A stretch of DNA of 64,000 nt, taken from positions 779 through 64,778 of IMG/VR virus record IMGVR_UViG_3300044699_000100, one strand, 5' to 3'. The notes under the pieces are model-generated. The model worked only from the letters and a program-made list of their open reading frames with translations. It searched no databases and was not told where the DNA came from. The stretch is from a virus. This document shows, one piece after another, positions 35,722 to 46,505 of the stretch; position 1 is the first letter of the stretch, and every line of letters begins with the position of its first letter. Both the position numbers and the translations under genes were made by a program.

Positions 35722-36237
35722 ATGCAGCCATTTCTTGCTTTGATTACGCCGGTAGGGGATACGGGTGGTGGACAACCACAACCACCCTTGGGCATCTGGG
35801 GCGGCGCTGGTCAACCTTTCCCGACGCCGCCCATTGCTCCCGGTGGTCCGCCGCTTGGAACTTGGGGTGGTGCTGGCCAGCCGTTCCCGACGCCGCCCAT
35901 TGCCCCCGGAGGGCAGCCTCCCTACCCAAGCCAAGGGCCGGGGTTCCCGACGCATCCTATCGTCATCCCGCCGATGCAGCCGCCTCTGGGTATCTGGGGT
36001 GGTTCAAATCAGCCCTTCCCGAACCCGCCGATTTATATTCCAATCATGCCGCCAGAGGGCGAGAATGGCGAGACGCCCGAGCACCCGATCTATATTCCGG
36101 TGTATCCGAGCCACCCGATCTACTTCCCACCCGGTAGCTCGCCGGAAGAAATCGCAAAGAAGCTGAAAGAACTGATGGACTTCGCTACTGGCAATCTGCC
36201 GGAAAACCCCAATGAGCGTCCCGAACCTGTAAAGTAA
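35722..36237 (+). CDS. Pro/Gly-rich repeat protein
   Basis: Repeats PLG(I/T)WGG..QPFP.PPI and (T/E/S)HPI(V/Y). GAGGAGG SD. Confidence 0.7.
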   Translation: MQPFLALITPVGDTGGGQPQPPLGIWGGAGQPFPTPPIAPGGPPLGTWGGAGQPFPTPPIAPGGQPPYPSQGPGFPTHPIVIPPMQPPLGIWGGSNQPFPNPPIYIPIMPPEGENGETPEHPIYIPVYPSHPIYFPPGSSPEEIAKKLKELMDFATGNLPENPNERPEPVK

Positions 36238-36269
36238 TCAGGTAAAGAAGTAAGGTTTGACCAACTACT

Positions 36270-36306
36270 AAGCCCGTATATCGTTAGATATGCGGGCTTT
36301 TTATTT
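36270..36306 (+). terminator. Intrinsic terminator at the convergence of the late and replication operons
   Basis: AAGCCCGTATATC-gtta-GATATGCGGGCTT followed by TTTATTT. Confidence 0.8.
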
Positions 36307-36367
36307 ATTAACAAGCGTAGTCGCATGCTCTAAAAAGTCATTCGCTTCTGGTATGCCAAGCTCTTCA

Positions 36368-39300
36368 TTAATGAGTATGGCTTCCCGGAGGGTGTTCAAT
36401 ACTTGGGTTTCGTTCAGTCCTAGGCTCCTCAACTCTGTTAATATTCTCGTAGCTGAACGCTCCATTTGATTTGTTGGGGAGACTGGGGAGAGCGGTATCG
36501 AAAACGGGTTCATTGACTAGCTCCTCTATATTGATATTACCTTCAAGGTCTGCCAAACTTATTTCCAGCATGTAGACTATACCGGCTACGGAGTACATTG
36601 TGCCGCCACCTATTTTGCCATGCACTACTTTTGTATCATATTCCTTCTCAAGCGCTTTGGTTAGTGCGTGGCGAGAAATACCTTTTTCTTTGCACCATTC
36701 AGATAAAGCAGTAGACTCGATGTGAAGAAGCTTATCGTCAACTCCGATGTGTACTCTGATATCTTCCAGCCGCGATGCGTCGTTTCTGATCAAGATACTA
36801 TCTTTTGCTGGTTTGCCGCGCCCCTTATGAATGACATTAGTAACAAGTGTGTGGCGAGCACGCTGCGCATTAAGAAAGTTGCTAAGCACTGCACTGACGT
36901 TGGTTTCTTTAGTCAAGTCCACTACCTGCGTATTAAGCTCTCTACGCATATTACCCAATGAGGTAATAAGAAACGCTCGTAATTCGTCCTCGTCTATCTC
37001 GGTAAACCCAAGTTTGTTAGCTAGTTTTGCACCCATGCAGACACATGCCATAAGAGAAGTCCAGAACCTCTCTTCCTGTAGAGCGTTAACCTCGTCGTCT
37101 AAAGTCTTCTGATAGTTTAGTACTTCGTCTTCCAGCGACGAGAAGTTTTTACCCAGATATTCAGCATAGGCTTCGCCTACTCGCCCAAAGTTATCGCCCA
37201 GCCTGCCGATCATTCTGGCAGCATCGGTCTTGGCGATCTGCCCCGGAGAGCCGTTGGGACCTTCTACCTGTATCTCAAACAGTCTATACAAGCTGGCTGC
37301 ATCTGTCTGGGCGTTTTTGGCGGTAAGCTCCATCAGAGACGCATTAGATGTACTGACCATGATAGTTGACCATGTGCCGAACTCTCTCTGCTTTGCGTTC
37401 TGCATAAGTCTTTTTCGTTCGGACCCATAGGTATGCTGGAACAGCATGCGCCAATACTTGCCTATGTCGTCAAATCTCAAATCATCCCAATAAACAGGTA
37501 GCGACTTAAGCTCACCGGCTTTGCCCATGACAGAATTATCAGTGTCGTTTACAGTGTTCTTAGCACGTACCCGGTGTCCCCATACCGTCAGTCCAACGTC
37601 TAGCGCCGTGCTCTTGCCGATGCCGGTGGCTCCTACGCAGGAAAGCATCAAACCGTCCATATGCGTAAATCTTACCAGCGGTGCCGCAAACGACGCAGCA
37701 ACAATTGCATTTAGCGCAGGACGATGTTGGTTGGTTATCAGCTTTGCAGCATCTACCCAAGGATCAATGGAGCCTGTAGGGGTATAACCTTTGGAGGTAA
37801 CGGCATCGGGACTTGGCGCGATCCTTATTTCAGTAGGGGTAAACAGCCTACCTCCATACACAAAGCCTTCTAGTTTTCCGTCGCGCGAGTTCCAACCGAA
37901 AGGTGAAGTGTTGACCACTGCATCTTTGGTTTTCTTGAGTTCATCTATCCATGACAAGAGAAACTCTCCTATCAGTTTGACCTGATACGCATGCAGTGTT
38001 ACCCCCTGACGGGACAACTCTTTGCGCATCTCCTGTGTGTCAACCAGTTCAAATGGTAGCGCTACCTGTCGGGTATCGCCGGGCTTTACTTCTGCCGCGA
38101 AGTGCATGCTCCAAGGGTCTTGCTGCAGCCACGCGTCTCCAATGGGTATCTCACTTATGACTACGTAGCTGGTGCTTCCGTCGTCTGCCGTGACGGCTTT
38201 CTGGATAAACCCCTTTGGACTGCGGGTATACCCCGCAGGTAATACACTAACAGTCTTCACCCCTACTCGCTGAGTCCCTAAGTTGGGGTGGAGTCTAATA
38301 GGATTAGACGAAAAATTCAGGGGGGACTTACCCTGATTAAAGTGTTTACACGTCGCACATAGCTTTGATCCCGATCCGGATATGGCTTTACACGAAGGCC
38401 AGCCTAACCCCTTCTCGGCTTTTTCCCTAAGTTTACGTTCATACAACGCATCGGTTGTTTCCCTAGTATAACCGGGATGGTTACGCCCCATAAGGTGTGC
38501 AACTTTATCGCCGTCTTCTACGAACGTCGAAAGCAGCGTGGTCAAGTTCCACAATGGGTTAGCGTAGTCTTTACCACCTGTCTTTAGAGCCTCCAAGATA
38601 AACGGACACTCACCCATTACGTCCTTGATATGGATAACTGGATACGATGGAGGCTCTATGCCTGCAGAAAGCTCGTCTATACCTTCTACTTTTTTAGGCG
38701 GAAAAAGACTAGCGTCTGCAACGAACGGTGACTTGATGCTTTTAGCGCTGGAAGAACCAGACATTACCTCGAAAGGTAATAATATTTTCCTAAGGTCTTC
38801 AACGTCATAGTCTACAGGGGCAGCACCGATTAGTTTTACACTGGCATTACGTTTGAAGTTTGTCGTGTCTGGAACTCTCAGCACACGTGCAGCGTCAACC
38901 GTGCATGCCGTATCGGACTTTAAGCCTAGGCGCTTGGTGGCTTCCGCCAAGCTATGCGCCAGCGGTGACCATTCTGCAGGAGTAATCGCCGTAGTAAATG
39001 TCCAGTAGACGTGAAACCCACCTGTTGTGGACACAATCACACTGGGTCTAGGTAACGACGAACTGGCGATAAAGCCTATAAGCGCTTGGTTTAGCTCCAT
39101 GCCAGAAGCGTAGTCCTTAAGGTCGATGTCGAGGAACAACGACTTTAGTAATACGCTATTGGCATGGTTTCTCAGTGGCTTAAGAAGCTTTCCACCCTTG
39201 CGAAAAGCCGCACCAGAACGTAGTTGTCGGCTCTGGCATGCGTAGATGTCACGCGTGCCAGAGGATTTTTGTGCCCGCTCAATGGCGTTAAGCGCTTCGG

Positions 39301-39457
39301 CCACAGACCGGCAAGCCTGTCCCGACCACGGGTAGGGCCTACCGGCCTTATGGTCCTTTGGCGTAAACGTCCAATGAATGTTGCAGAAGCCCAGATCGTC
39401 TTCCCCCGTGGGCCACGGAAGGACTTTCTCCAAATAGGTTTGTTGGGCGAGGGTCAT
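36368..39457 (-). CDS. Primase (AEP/RepB-like) fused to DUF927 and a helicase-type ATPase
   Basis: N-terminal LFLDID...GGFHVYW...DAARVLRVP, central Cys cluster and GATGIGKST Walker A. 1029 aa, intact. Confidence 0.85.
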   Translation of the reverse strand: MTLAQQTYLEKVLPWPTGEDDLGFCNIHWTFTPKDHKAGRPYPWSGQACRSVAEALNAIERAQKSSGTRDIYACQSRQLRSGAAFRKGGKLLKPLRNHANSVLLKSLFLDIDLKDYASGMELNQALIGFIASSSLPRPSVIVSTTGGFHVYWTFTTAITPAEWSPLAHSLAEATKRLGLKSDTACTVDAARVLRVPDTTNFKRNASVKLIGAAPVDYDVEDLRKILLPFEVMSGSSSAKSIKSPFVADASLFPPKKVEGIDELSAGIEPPSYPVIHIKDVMGECPFILEALKTGGKDYANPLWNLTTLLSTFVEDGDKVAHLMGRNHPGYTRETTDALYERKLREKAEKGLGWPSCKAISGSGSKLCATCKHFNQGKSPLNFSSNPIRLHPNLGTQRVGVKTVSVLPAGYTRSPKGFIQKAVTADDGSTSYVVISEIPIGDAWLQQDPWSMHFAAEVKPGDTRQVALPFELVDTQEMRKELSRQGVTLHAYQVKLIGEFLLSWIDELKKTKDAVVNTSPFGWNSRDGKLEGFVYGGRLFTPTEIRIAPSPDAVTSKGYTPTGSIDPWVDAAKLITNQHRPALNAIVAASFAAPLVRFTHMDGLMLSCVGATGIGKSTALDVGLTVWGHRVRAKNTVNDTDNSVMGKAGELKSLPVYWDDLRFDDIGKYWRMLFQHTYGSERKRLMQNAKQREFGTWSTIMVSTSNASLMELTAKNAQTDAASLYRLFEIQVEGPNGSPGQIAKTDAARMIGRLGDNFGRVGEAYAEYLGKNFSSLEDEVLNYQKTLDDEVNALQEERFWTSLMACVCMGAKLANKLGFTEIDEDELRAFLITSLGNMRRELNTQVVDLTKETNVSAVLSNFLNAQRARHTLVTNVIHKGRGKPAKDSILIRNDASRLEDIRVHIGVDDKLLHIESTALSEWCKEKGISRHALTKALEKEYDTKVVHGKIGGGTMYSVAGIVYMLEISLADLEGNINIEELVNEPVFDTALPSLPNKSNGAFSYENINRVEEPRTERNPSIEHPPGSHTH

Positions 39458-39601
39458 CTGTGACCCTCCATGTATATAGCCATGGCTAGACTAGCCGGTG
39501 ATTAGCCAGCCCCTCATACACACGTTTATGTAGTTTAAGTTATACCGCCCCTCCTCTCTTCTCATAGATAGAGAAGAGAGAGCGGGGCTGTGTATGAGGA
39601 G

Positions 39602-40793
39602 TTACTGAGAGCCAGCCGGGAGCAGCTTAGCCATCATAACATCCAAGCCCGCCTCAAAGGAGTTATCCTCAGGCGTCGTAGAGCTTGCTTCTACCGGGGT
39701 AGGGTCTGTCGGGGTAGGGGCCACCGGCATCGCTGGTGCGGTATATCCAAAACCTTGGCTCTGCTCCGTACTGGCAGTTGTGGCACCACCAGCGGGGGGA
39801 TTGCTCAATGCTTGTGGCGGCTGGGGGGATGCCGTAGCGGGGGCCGATACCTCCAATGGCACCGAGGAGACCGTAGGGACCGGCACCGCAGGTTGGGCAG
39901 TGGTCGTGGATACCTGCCCAGTCAAAGCCGGGTTGGTCTTCTGGGTTTGGCTTGGGGTTGGCCATGTGTTATCCTCTACCTTTGGGGCGTCCTTTACCTT
40001 CGGAGGTTGTTCGAACGCCCGCTCCAACTCAGAAGCGTTAACAACAGGCGCAGAAGCCAACTCACTCGCTTCCGCCAGTATCCTCGCAACGGCGGAAGAG
40101 TTCTTAAGTTCCAGCACCTTAACCGCTTCGTCGTCAGTCAGCGGGCGGATGGCTTGGAAAGAAAACCGGGGATAGCTTACTTCGGTATCAAAGCTGATCC
40201 TCGTGCCGATGGCATAGGAGGGATATCCCAACTGCTGCATCTTCTGGCCATACTGAGCCATCTCTTGCAGGCTTGCAGCGGGAACTCTTATGAGCATTGG
40301 CCCGCCGTAGATTTCGTTGGAGATATCTGCTAGCGGCACAACCGCCATGCGCTTGTTATCGGCACAGCGCTTAGTCGGCTTACCACTAACAGCGCTAATG
40401 CTGCTGCCCCACACGTTATGTGGGCACGAGCCGCAGGTAGGGCTTTGTTTCGAAGCCGCGCTCGGGCTTGGGACGATACCGTCAGTGCTAAAGCAATCTG
40501 GGGCTGCATTTGCACCTTCGGTATACCCTGACGCGTAGAAGATTTTAGCGAGGTTCTTGGCGGCTGCGAGGATTACAACCTCGATGGAATTTCTAGCGCC
40601 ATCACCGTCTTGGCGAAGCAGTTGAACCTCCTCGCCACGGTGCTTGATGCTCCAGACCTTGCCCTTGTAGCCGATAACACCGAAGCTGGCTTGCACACCG
40701 GCAGACAGGTCGTCCTTGCACGGGGCCGTTGCCGAACACACGCGATATCTGTCCGGGCAACGTAAATGGATGAACGTTGACGTTGGATGCCAT
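39602..40793 (-). CDS. Conserved ssDNA-binding or recombination-like protein with Pro/Thr-rich C-terminus (one shift near the start)
   Basis: PDCFSTDG...CGSCPHNVWGS...KRCADNKRMAV, LIRVPAASL. The function is inferred from position. Confidence 0.5.
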
Positions 40794-40951
40794 GATATTT
40801 GATCTCCTTTTGGGGTGGGATTTTACTTCAGGCTAATCTTCGAGCTTAGCCTTTTATCGTATCATATAGGTAACCTCTTTGTCAAGATGTTTGTTAAGTT
40901 ACCCACAGATATTAGTCACTGTCGGAAGGGGCGTCCTCCAGTTCAGAAATA

Positions 40952-41304
40952 TCAAATTCTACGTTCGATGGGATCGGGAAAGTTAATCTCGATTTCGTCC
41001 AGAGTTACACCCGCCCATGCGTCTTTCCACTCTAACGCAGCCTGACCCTTCTCGCTCTCCTGCCACTTGTCCGACCGATCAGCATATCGCTGTCAGCCTG
41101 ACTAGCGATGTCGGAAGCAAACTCACGAGCTTCGTCTAGAGCCGCATTGTAGTTATCGAGCGCCTCCTGCACGGTGACCTGCTCCTGCTCCATGTTAGCG
41201 TTGTAGTTCTCCAACGCCTCTTCCAACCTTGTCTGCCGAAGGTTAAGCTCGGCAATGAGCTTGTCACGTTCTGCGTCTTCTTTTTTGGTCAAACGAAAGT
41301 CCAT
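40952..41304 (-). CDS. Coiled-coil hypothetical protein (one shift)
   Basis: ORF 41032..41304 continues in another frame as SDKWQESEKGQAALEWKDAW. Confidence 0.5.
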
Positions 41305-41330
41305 ATCACGCTCTCCTTTTAAGCTTTATT

Positions 41331-41747
41331 TTAGGCTCTACGAACGCCGACGACATGCGAAACGCTGTAGTTGACGCCGGGAGGTGCAGTGCCGTGTGTA
41401 GCTACATAGTCCGTCACCGCAGTCTTGTTAGCACGCTTGTCAATCAGTGACCAGTCCTGCGTGGCCATTACATGCCCCCAGAACGCGCTTACGTCTTGGA
41501 TGGAGGCAGACACCTTCTCGGACCTGTAAACCGTCCCAGAGGCCGTCCTAGCGCTTTCCAGACCGGTTTTAACGAGGTGCCCCAACAAGACGGAGCCGAG
41601 TTGCTCCAACGCCTCCTTGTAGGGCCTGATCATTTCGTCGTGGGCTTTTTCAAGGTCGCGGATTTTGTCCCTGATCTGGACATATTGATCCACTCGAACA
41701 TCAATTGATGCTGGAGGTGGCGTCATTTGGTGCTGTGGCTTGTTCAT
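41331..41747 (-). CDS. Conserved phage protein
   Basis: Intact 138 aa (YVQIRDK...SARTASGTVY). A palindrome with SD lies 7 nt upstream. Confidence 0.65.
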   Translation of the reverse strand: MNKPQHQMTPPPASIDVRVDQYVQIRDKIRDLEKAHDEMIRPYKEALEQLGSVLLGHLVKTGLESARTASGTVYRSEKVSASIQDVSAFWGHVMATQDWSLIDKRANKTAVTDYVATHGTAPPGVNYSVSHVVGVRRA

Positions 41748-41766
41748 GGGTGGTTACCTCTGAAGG

Positions 41767-42000
41767 TTATTTGGGTTCTTTGGTTTCTATTTTTTCTGCA
41801 CGAGTTGCAGAAGCGTTGAGCATCTTTGCCAGTAGCCGAGCTTGTTCTGGCGTTAGTCCTGCGGGGCTGGTGGAAGTCTTATCGAGTATGATGTTTCCAT
41901 CCATGCCGTCGATGATGGTTACTCCCTGTATATCTTCTCCTTTCATCGTTGCTGTCTCCACACGTCGAGCGTCTGCTATGCCGTGGGACTCTCTTATCAT
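41767..42000 (-). CDS. Hypothetical protein
   Basis: Tightly packed ORF. Its stop is part of the 41754 palindrome. Confidence 0.5.
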   Translation of the reverse strand: MIRESHGIADARRVETATMKGEDIQGVTIIDGMDGNIILDKTSTSPAGLTPEQARLLAKMLNASATRAEKIETKEPK

Positions 42001-42233
42001 TTTATTTCTACCTCCCCTGTTACAGTTCTGGGCTTCTCCTTTGAGACGAGTAGGTTGCGGTACTTATCTGCCACGTTTTCAGCCGCGTTCCCTATCACAG
42101 TGCAGGCTTCCGAGATGCGTCCGGGGTTGACACTGAAGGCTATGGATAGCTCATGCTGTTCAGTGCCCATGATGAAGTAGAGATACGCTGCCTTGATTAC
42201 TTCCTCCTTTGTCAGGCTCCCCTTTAGCGCCAT
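41997..42233 (-). CDS. Small HTH-like protein
   Basis: EQHELSIAFSVNPGRISEA resembles a helix-turn-helix. Confidence 0.45.
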   Translation of the reverse strand: MALKGSLTKEEVIKAAYLYFIMGTEQHELSIAFSVNPGRISEACTVIGNAAENVADKYRNLLVSKEKPRTVTGEVEIK

Positions 42234-42234
42234 G

Positions 42235-42393
42235 TTATCCTCCGATCCATGTTTCCCTATATCTTAGTAAGAGTACTCGTAGCTCGTCGGATGCGCGGAT
42301 AGTTTCTCGCGATAGTAGCCCTCCATGGATGCCGTTGTCGGTGTTAATAGCCTGAATAAGCTTCTCGGCCGCTTTGACAATCGCTTCTGTCAT
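42235..42393 (-). CDS. Hypothetical protein (52 aa)
   Basis: Manual translation [17 protein letters not shown]..., with a GGAGG SD. Confidence 0.45.
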   Translation of the reverse strand: MTEAIVKAAEKLIQAINTDNGIHGGLLSRETIRASDELRVLLLRYRETWIGG

Positions 42394-42407
42394 TGTTATC
42401 CTCCCTG

Positions 42408-42862
42408 TTACCTACGAGGTAAGCTATAGCTGCTTGCAAAACTTGCGGATCGTCTCGGCTCATTCCGAGCATTAGGTTGCAGTGATGACACAAAATGCCG
42501 CGTACCTTCCCGGTTACGTGGCAGTGGTCTACGTACCATTTTATTGTTTCCGACGTTCTGCAGATAGCACATTTGCCACCTTGGGCTGCCAGCATGGCAT
42601 CGCGTTCTTCTAGGGTTATCCCATATGAACATTTAAAATGGCTCTTAAGTGTATGGGCTTTTTTCTTTTTTCTAAATTCTAGATCGGTTTATACTTATTG
42701 CGCGCCCAATTCCGCATGCGTTCGTTATATTTTTTCACGGTGATTGTTCGCGTAATTCCGTGCGTATTCGCGCCATTTTTCTCTCTTCTTATTTTTCTTC
42801 TCTTCCTTGTCTTGCTTAATCCGCTCAAGAACGCGAGCTAGTTTTTCTTCGTGAGCCAGCAC
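42408..42862 (-). CDS. Endonuclease VII-family (HNH) free-standing endonuclease, frameshifted
   Basis: QGGKCAIC...[25 protein letters not shown]...AAIAYL. GTG start after a GGAGGT SD. Confidence 0.75.
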
Positions 42863-42879
42863 GATATTACCTCCGAAGG

Positions 42880-44447
42880 TTATATAAGAAGCGACTGCGT
42901 TGCTTCCTCAAAAAGGTTTAGCAACTCGTTCTGTATATTCTGCTTGTTCTGCAGTAGCTGATAAATTCTTCGCTCTACAGGCGTTCCCTGAAACATGATG
43001 TACAACTGTCTGCGGCCTTGGCCTACTCGCCTTATTCTCATATTAGCCTGTTCAAAAGTCTCCAAACTGGTAATAGGCGAGAACCAGACAATTGTAGAAG
43101 CATTAGTCAGGGTCAAACCGTGAGCGAGACACTGGGGGTGTGCGGCTAAGACCTTGTATTTACTGGTATTTTGGAACAGGTTGAACGCTTCTCCTCTATC
43201 GTTCGCAGAAATATCTCCAGAAACAGTAGTATGATCTATTCCCTCATTCTTGAGCGCGTGAGAGATACCAGCAAGAGCATGCTTAAATGGAGCAAACACT
43301 AACAATTTGTGATCGCTTGAAAGTACCACGTCTATCAACGCTTCGATGCGTTTGTCATTGTCTAGCGTTACCGTTGTTTTATCCGCTGCATACACATACC
43401 CCGTAGAAATCTGTAATAATTTAGAAAGCGCAGCACCTGCGTTTGCTGCAGTGATTTCTTTGTTCTGCAGTGCAGTGTAACAATGTCGCGCCATTTCCTT
43501 ATAAATTTTAGCCTGCGTTGGACCTAGCTCGATGTCCATCGTGCGGTAGATCGCCTCCGGTAGCTCCACCACGTCGTCCAACGTGAACCTCACGGCAGGC
43601 TGCAGAACCTTAAACGCTCGTTCTGCAGCATCCGGCTTGGGTATCCACTTAAAGGTGTTGACGCGTAGCATCAACTCGTCGCGAAACCCCTTGAAGTATT
43701 TTGGGACCGTATTGGGGGTTATAATACTTGCAATTGCCCACGCATCGGTGGGGAGGGTAGGGGATGGGTGCACCAGTCATTCCTACTACCCATTCAAACC
43801 TATTAGCTAGTGATCTCATAGTCTTAGTACGTTGTGACTGTCCATTTCGATACACAGCCGCTTCATCAAGGGCCAGCATGTTAATGTCTTTACGCGAGCT
43901 AAGCGCGTCTAGTACTGTTTTTACGCCATCATGGTTAATAATGTATATATCAGCGTCTTCCTTAAGAGCTTGCAAACGCTTCTCTCTTGTGCCGTGTAGT
44001 ACTACGGCTTTCCTATGTGGCAGCGTAGCGAAAACTTCCCGATGCCAAGTAAAACGAAGGGTTGATAACGGGGCAACGACTAGTAACTTGTCTACGATCT
44101 TATTGAGTTTTAAGTAGTCAAAACTCCAGAGCAACGATCTCGTTTTCCAACGCCCATACCTGACAAATTATACGCTCGGTTATTCATTGTAATCATAGCC
44201 GCCATTTTCTTTTGGCTTCGAATGGCGGCTGATTAACTGGGTGTGGCCAGCTATAATTAGTTAGTATTGGAGACGGCACGTCGTAGTTAAGTTTCCGCAG
44301 CATAAAGCTCTCGGCTGGTTTGTGGGGCACCAGCGTATAGCCATTCATCTTCTGAGCAGTGGGGAAAAGGTTCTCCACCGCAGGCGTAGTAGGAACACCC
44401 AACATGCGGTGCTTGGCACTTACCTTTACAGGTAATAGGTGGGTCAT
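42880..44447 (-). CDS. SNF2/SF2 DNA helicase (frameshifted into 3 fragments)
   Basis: LVVAPLSTL, LALDEAA, VGMTGAP, LAHGLTLT and EQANMRIRRVGQ helicase motifs. Confidence 0.9.
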
Positions 44448-44460
44448 CGAGCATTCTCCT

Positions 44461-44778
44461 TTATTCGAGCACTTCAGTTGCTGAGTGTAACTCCATCCAT
44501 TCTTTCAAGTGTGCTACTATTTCAGGGTTGTCGATAACCAGATACTCTCCACCGGCTTCTTGTATTTTCTTCATGCATATTTTCTGCAGCGCAGTGGGTT
44601 TCTCTCCGGGGGCTTTGGCTTCGAAGCCAAAGAACTTCCCCTTGTAACACACTAGAAAATCTAGTGTTCTGGCCCCCAGTCCCATTTGGACCGGCATGAA
44701 ATAGTAGCACCCCGAAAGGGCATCGAGGACTTTTTTAATGGCCCTCTTGATCTTACCTTCCGGGGTAACGTGGGTCAC
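44461..44778 (-). CDS. VRR-NUC domain nuclease
   Basis: TPEGKIK...DFLVCYKGKFFGFEAKAPGEKPTALQ. Confidence 0.85.
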   Translation of the reverse strand: MTHVTPEGKIKRAIKKVLDALSGCYYFMPVQMGLGARTLDFLVCYKGKFFGFEAKAPGEKPTALQKICMKKIQEAGGEYLVIDNPEIVAHLKEWMELHSATEVLE

Positions 44779-44817
44779 TTATTGATCTCCGCTGTTTTGT
44801 TCTCTTGGATCATCGCC

Positions 44818-45123
44818 TCAAGATCGGCTTCCTACCCTGTCCACGATGCTGGACACTGACATTGGTATTGGCACTGCAGCAAGAGCAGCAAGAGCAGCAG
44901 GTTTCTTCTCGGCACGTTTGATTAGCGCCTCTACATGCTGCGCTTCCATATGCACTAGGCTTGACCCCCGGTCGAGCCGACTAATTGCCGCTTCGAGCGT
45001 AGCTTGAAGCTTCTGCAGCGCAGAAAGCTCTTCGCCAAACTGCTCAACAAGATCGCGCATTTTACGGATATGCGAGTTAACCGGCTCGACTGTTGCAGTG
45101 GGGTGAGTGGGAGTAGTAGCCAT
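44818..45123 (-). CDS. Hypothetical coiled-coil protein
   Basis: Start follows the GGAGGT SD inside the 45128 palindrome. Confidence 0.55.
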   Translation of the reverse strand: MATTPTHPTATVEPVNSHIRKMRDLVEQFGEELSALQKLQATLEAAISRLDRGSSLVHMEAQHVEALIKRAEKKPAALAALAAVPIPMSVSSIVDRVGSRS

Positions 45124-45149
45124 TTTATTACCTCCAAAGGTTAGTCAGG

Positions 45150-45362
45150 TTAGTCGGGGACAAAACTATAGTAGTACCTTGGTTCTTTCTGAAACTCCAG
45201 TGAGCCTTTTTTACCGTCGATCCTGCGAGTAACTATCGCAAACGGCCCGAGAAGCTCGTGTAACTCGAAGAATGCCAGCATCTCAGCGTGGTTGTACACC
45301 TCGGTAAGATGCCTAGCAGTAAGCGCTTCTCTATCAAGCGCCTCGTTTTTGTCTTTTTTCAT
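45150..45362 (-). CDS. Hypothetical protein
   Basis: RRIDGKKGSLEFQKEPRYYYSF. Start overlaps the upstream stop. Confidence 0.55.
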   Translation of the reverse strand: MKKDKNEALDREALTARHLTEVYNHAEMLAFFELHELLGPFAIVTRRIDGKKGSLEFQKEPRYYYSFVPD

Positions 45363-46060
45363 ATCCCGTTGAACTCACAGGTTTTGACGGCGCACCACTT
45401 ACGGCACAAATATCCCGGCTTTGCCGGGTAGTCGTTTGTGTTGTAAGCCCGCTCCAGTTGTTCGATCCGTGGCCACAGATTTTTCCACATGGGCACCATG
45501 TCGGCTCTGGAAAAATCCTGTCGTGTGGACACGTTTGGTCCTTCTTTTAGCCATACAAATTCAGTGCGTATTTTTTGTAATTTGGGAAAGTTGGCGAACG
45601 CTGCGGCAGCCATAAGCGCAAGCTGCTGGCTGTCGTCGATCAGTTTTCCTGTCTTCCAGTCAACTGCAAGCGCTACCGGACCAGCAATACCAAGCACGTC
45701 GGCTTTAGTTCTAAACCAAACGTTATTGTCCCAGTATCCCGCAGGGGCAAAGTCCCTTGTGATGGCGAGCTTTTGCTCAGCAAGAAGCTTGTCATACGGC
45801 ACAAGTTTTATTCTATCCAGCCAGTCCTGCAGCGCAGGCATCCCAATAGGGAGGGGCGTGCCTTTGGTCAGATATAATTCCGCAGCCTTGTGGACTTGCT
45901 CGCCCCACATGAGGACTTCGGACTCGTCCTCCTTGAAGTTCTTTGCTATATCGATCTCGTAATGCCGCTTGGGACACACTTCGTAGTTCTTGAGCCGACT
46001 ATAGCTAAACGTGAAGGGTTTTTTGGGTTTAGCTACCTGCACCTCTGCTATGTCGTTCAT
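45359..46060 (-). CDS. PD-(D/E)XK exonuclease (Cas4/RecB-like)
   Basis: FSYSRLKNYEVCP...H, KADVL...VDWKTGK...QLALMA and C-terminal CRKWCAVKTC. Confidence 0.85.
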   Translation of the reverse strand: MNDIAEVQVAKPKKPFTFSYSRLKNYEVCPKRHYEIDIAKNFKEDESEVLMWGEQVHKAAELYLTKGTPLPIGMPALQDWLDRIKLVPYDKLLAEQKLAITRDFAPAGYWDNNVWFRTKADVLGIAGPVALAVDWKTGKLIDDSQQLALMAAAAFANFPKLQKIRTEFVWLKEGPNVSTRQDFSRADMVPMWKNLWPRIEQLERAYNTNDYPAKPGYLCRKWCAVKTCEFNGI

Positions 46061-46178
46061 GGCTTCTCCTTCGTTGTCGGAGTGGAGACACAGCGAGCCA
46101 ACTCATAAATCAAATATGCCAACACTGCGCTAAATGCTATCACCACTTCCACTAGGAGTATAGTAATAGCTATCTCTA

Positions 46179-46505
46179 TTACCGGGTTGTGCATGTCTTC
46201 TCCCCATCTCGCATCTCAAGGGCTTCCAACAGCTTCGCTATGGCCCCCGGCTCGATCTCGATGCTGCCGCAGTTGACCACGACGCCACGCTCGAAGTCAC
46301 CGAAGGGGACCTTGAGCCATTTGGCGAGGAGATGACCAGCGCGTTCGCACTGCGCCCGCGCTTCGGCCTTGCGGCGCTGCAGATCGACATCCTCCAGCTC
46401 GTCGCTCGCCTCTAGGCACAGGGCAGCTACAGCGTCTTGCCCCTGACCGGGGAGCAGATTGCTGACAGCCCGAAGCCGCTTCACTAGGTCGGTCAGGTCG
46501 GTCAT
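46179..46505 (-). CDS. Hypothetical protein
   Basis: MTDLTDLVKRLR... with a GGAGGAG SD. Confidence 0.5.
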   Translation of the reverse strand: MTDLTDLVKRLRAVSNLLPGQGQDAVAALCLEASDELEDVDLQRRKAEARAQCERAGHLLAKWLKVPFGDFERGVVVNCGSIEIEPGAIAKLLEALEMRDGEKTCTTR

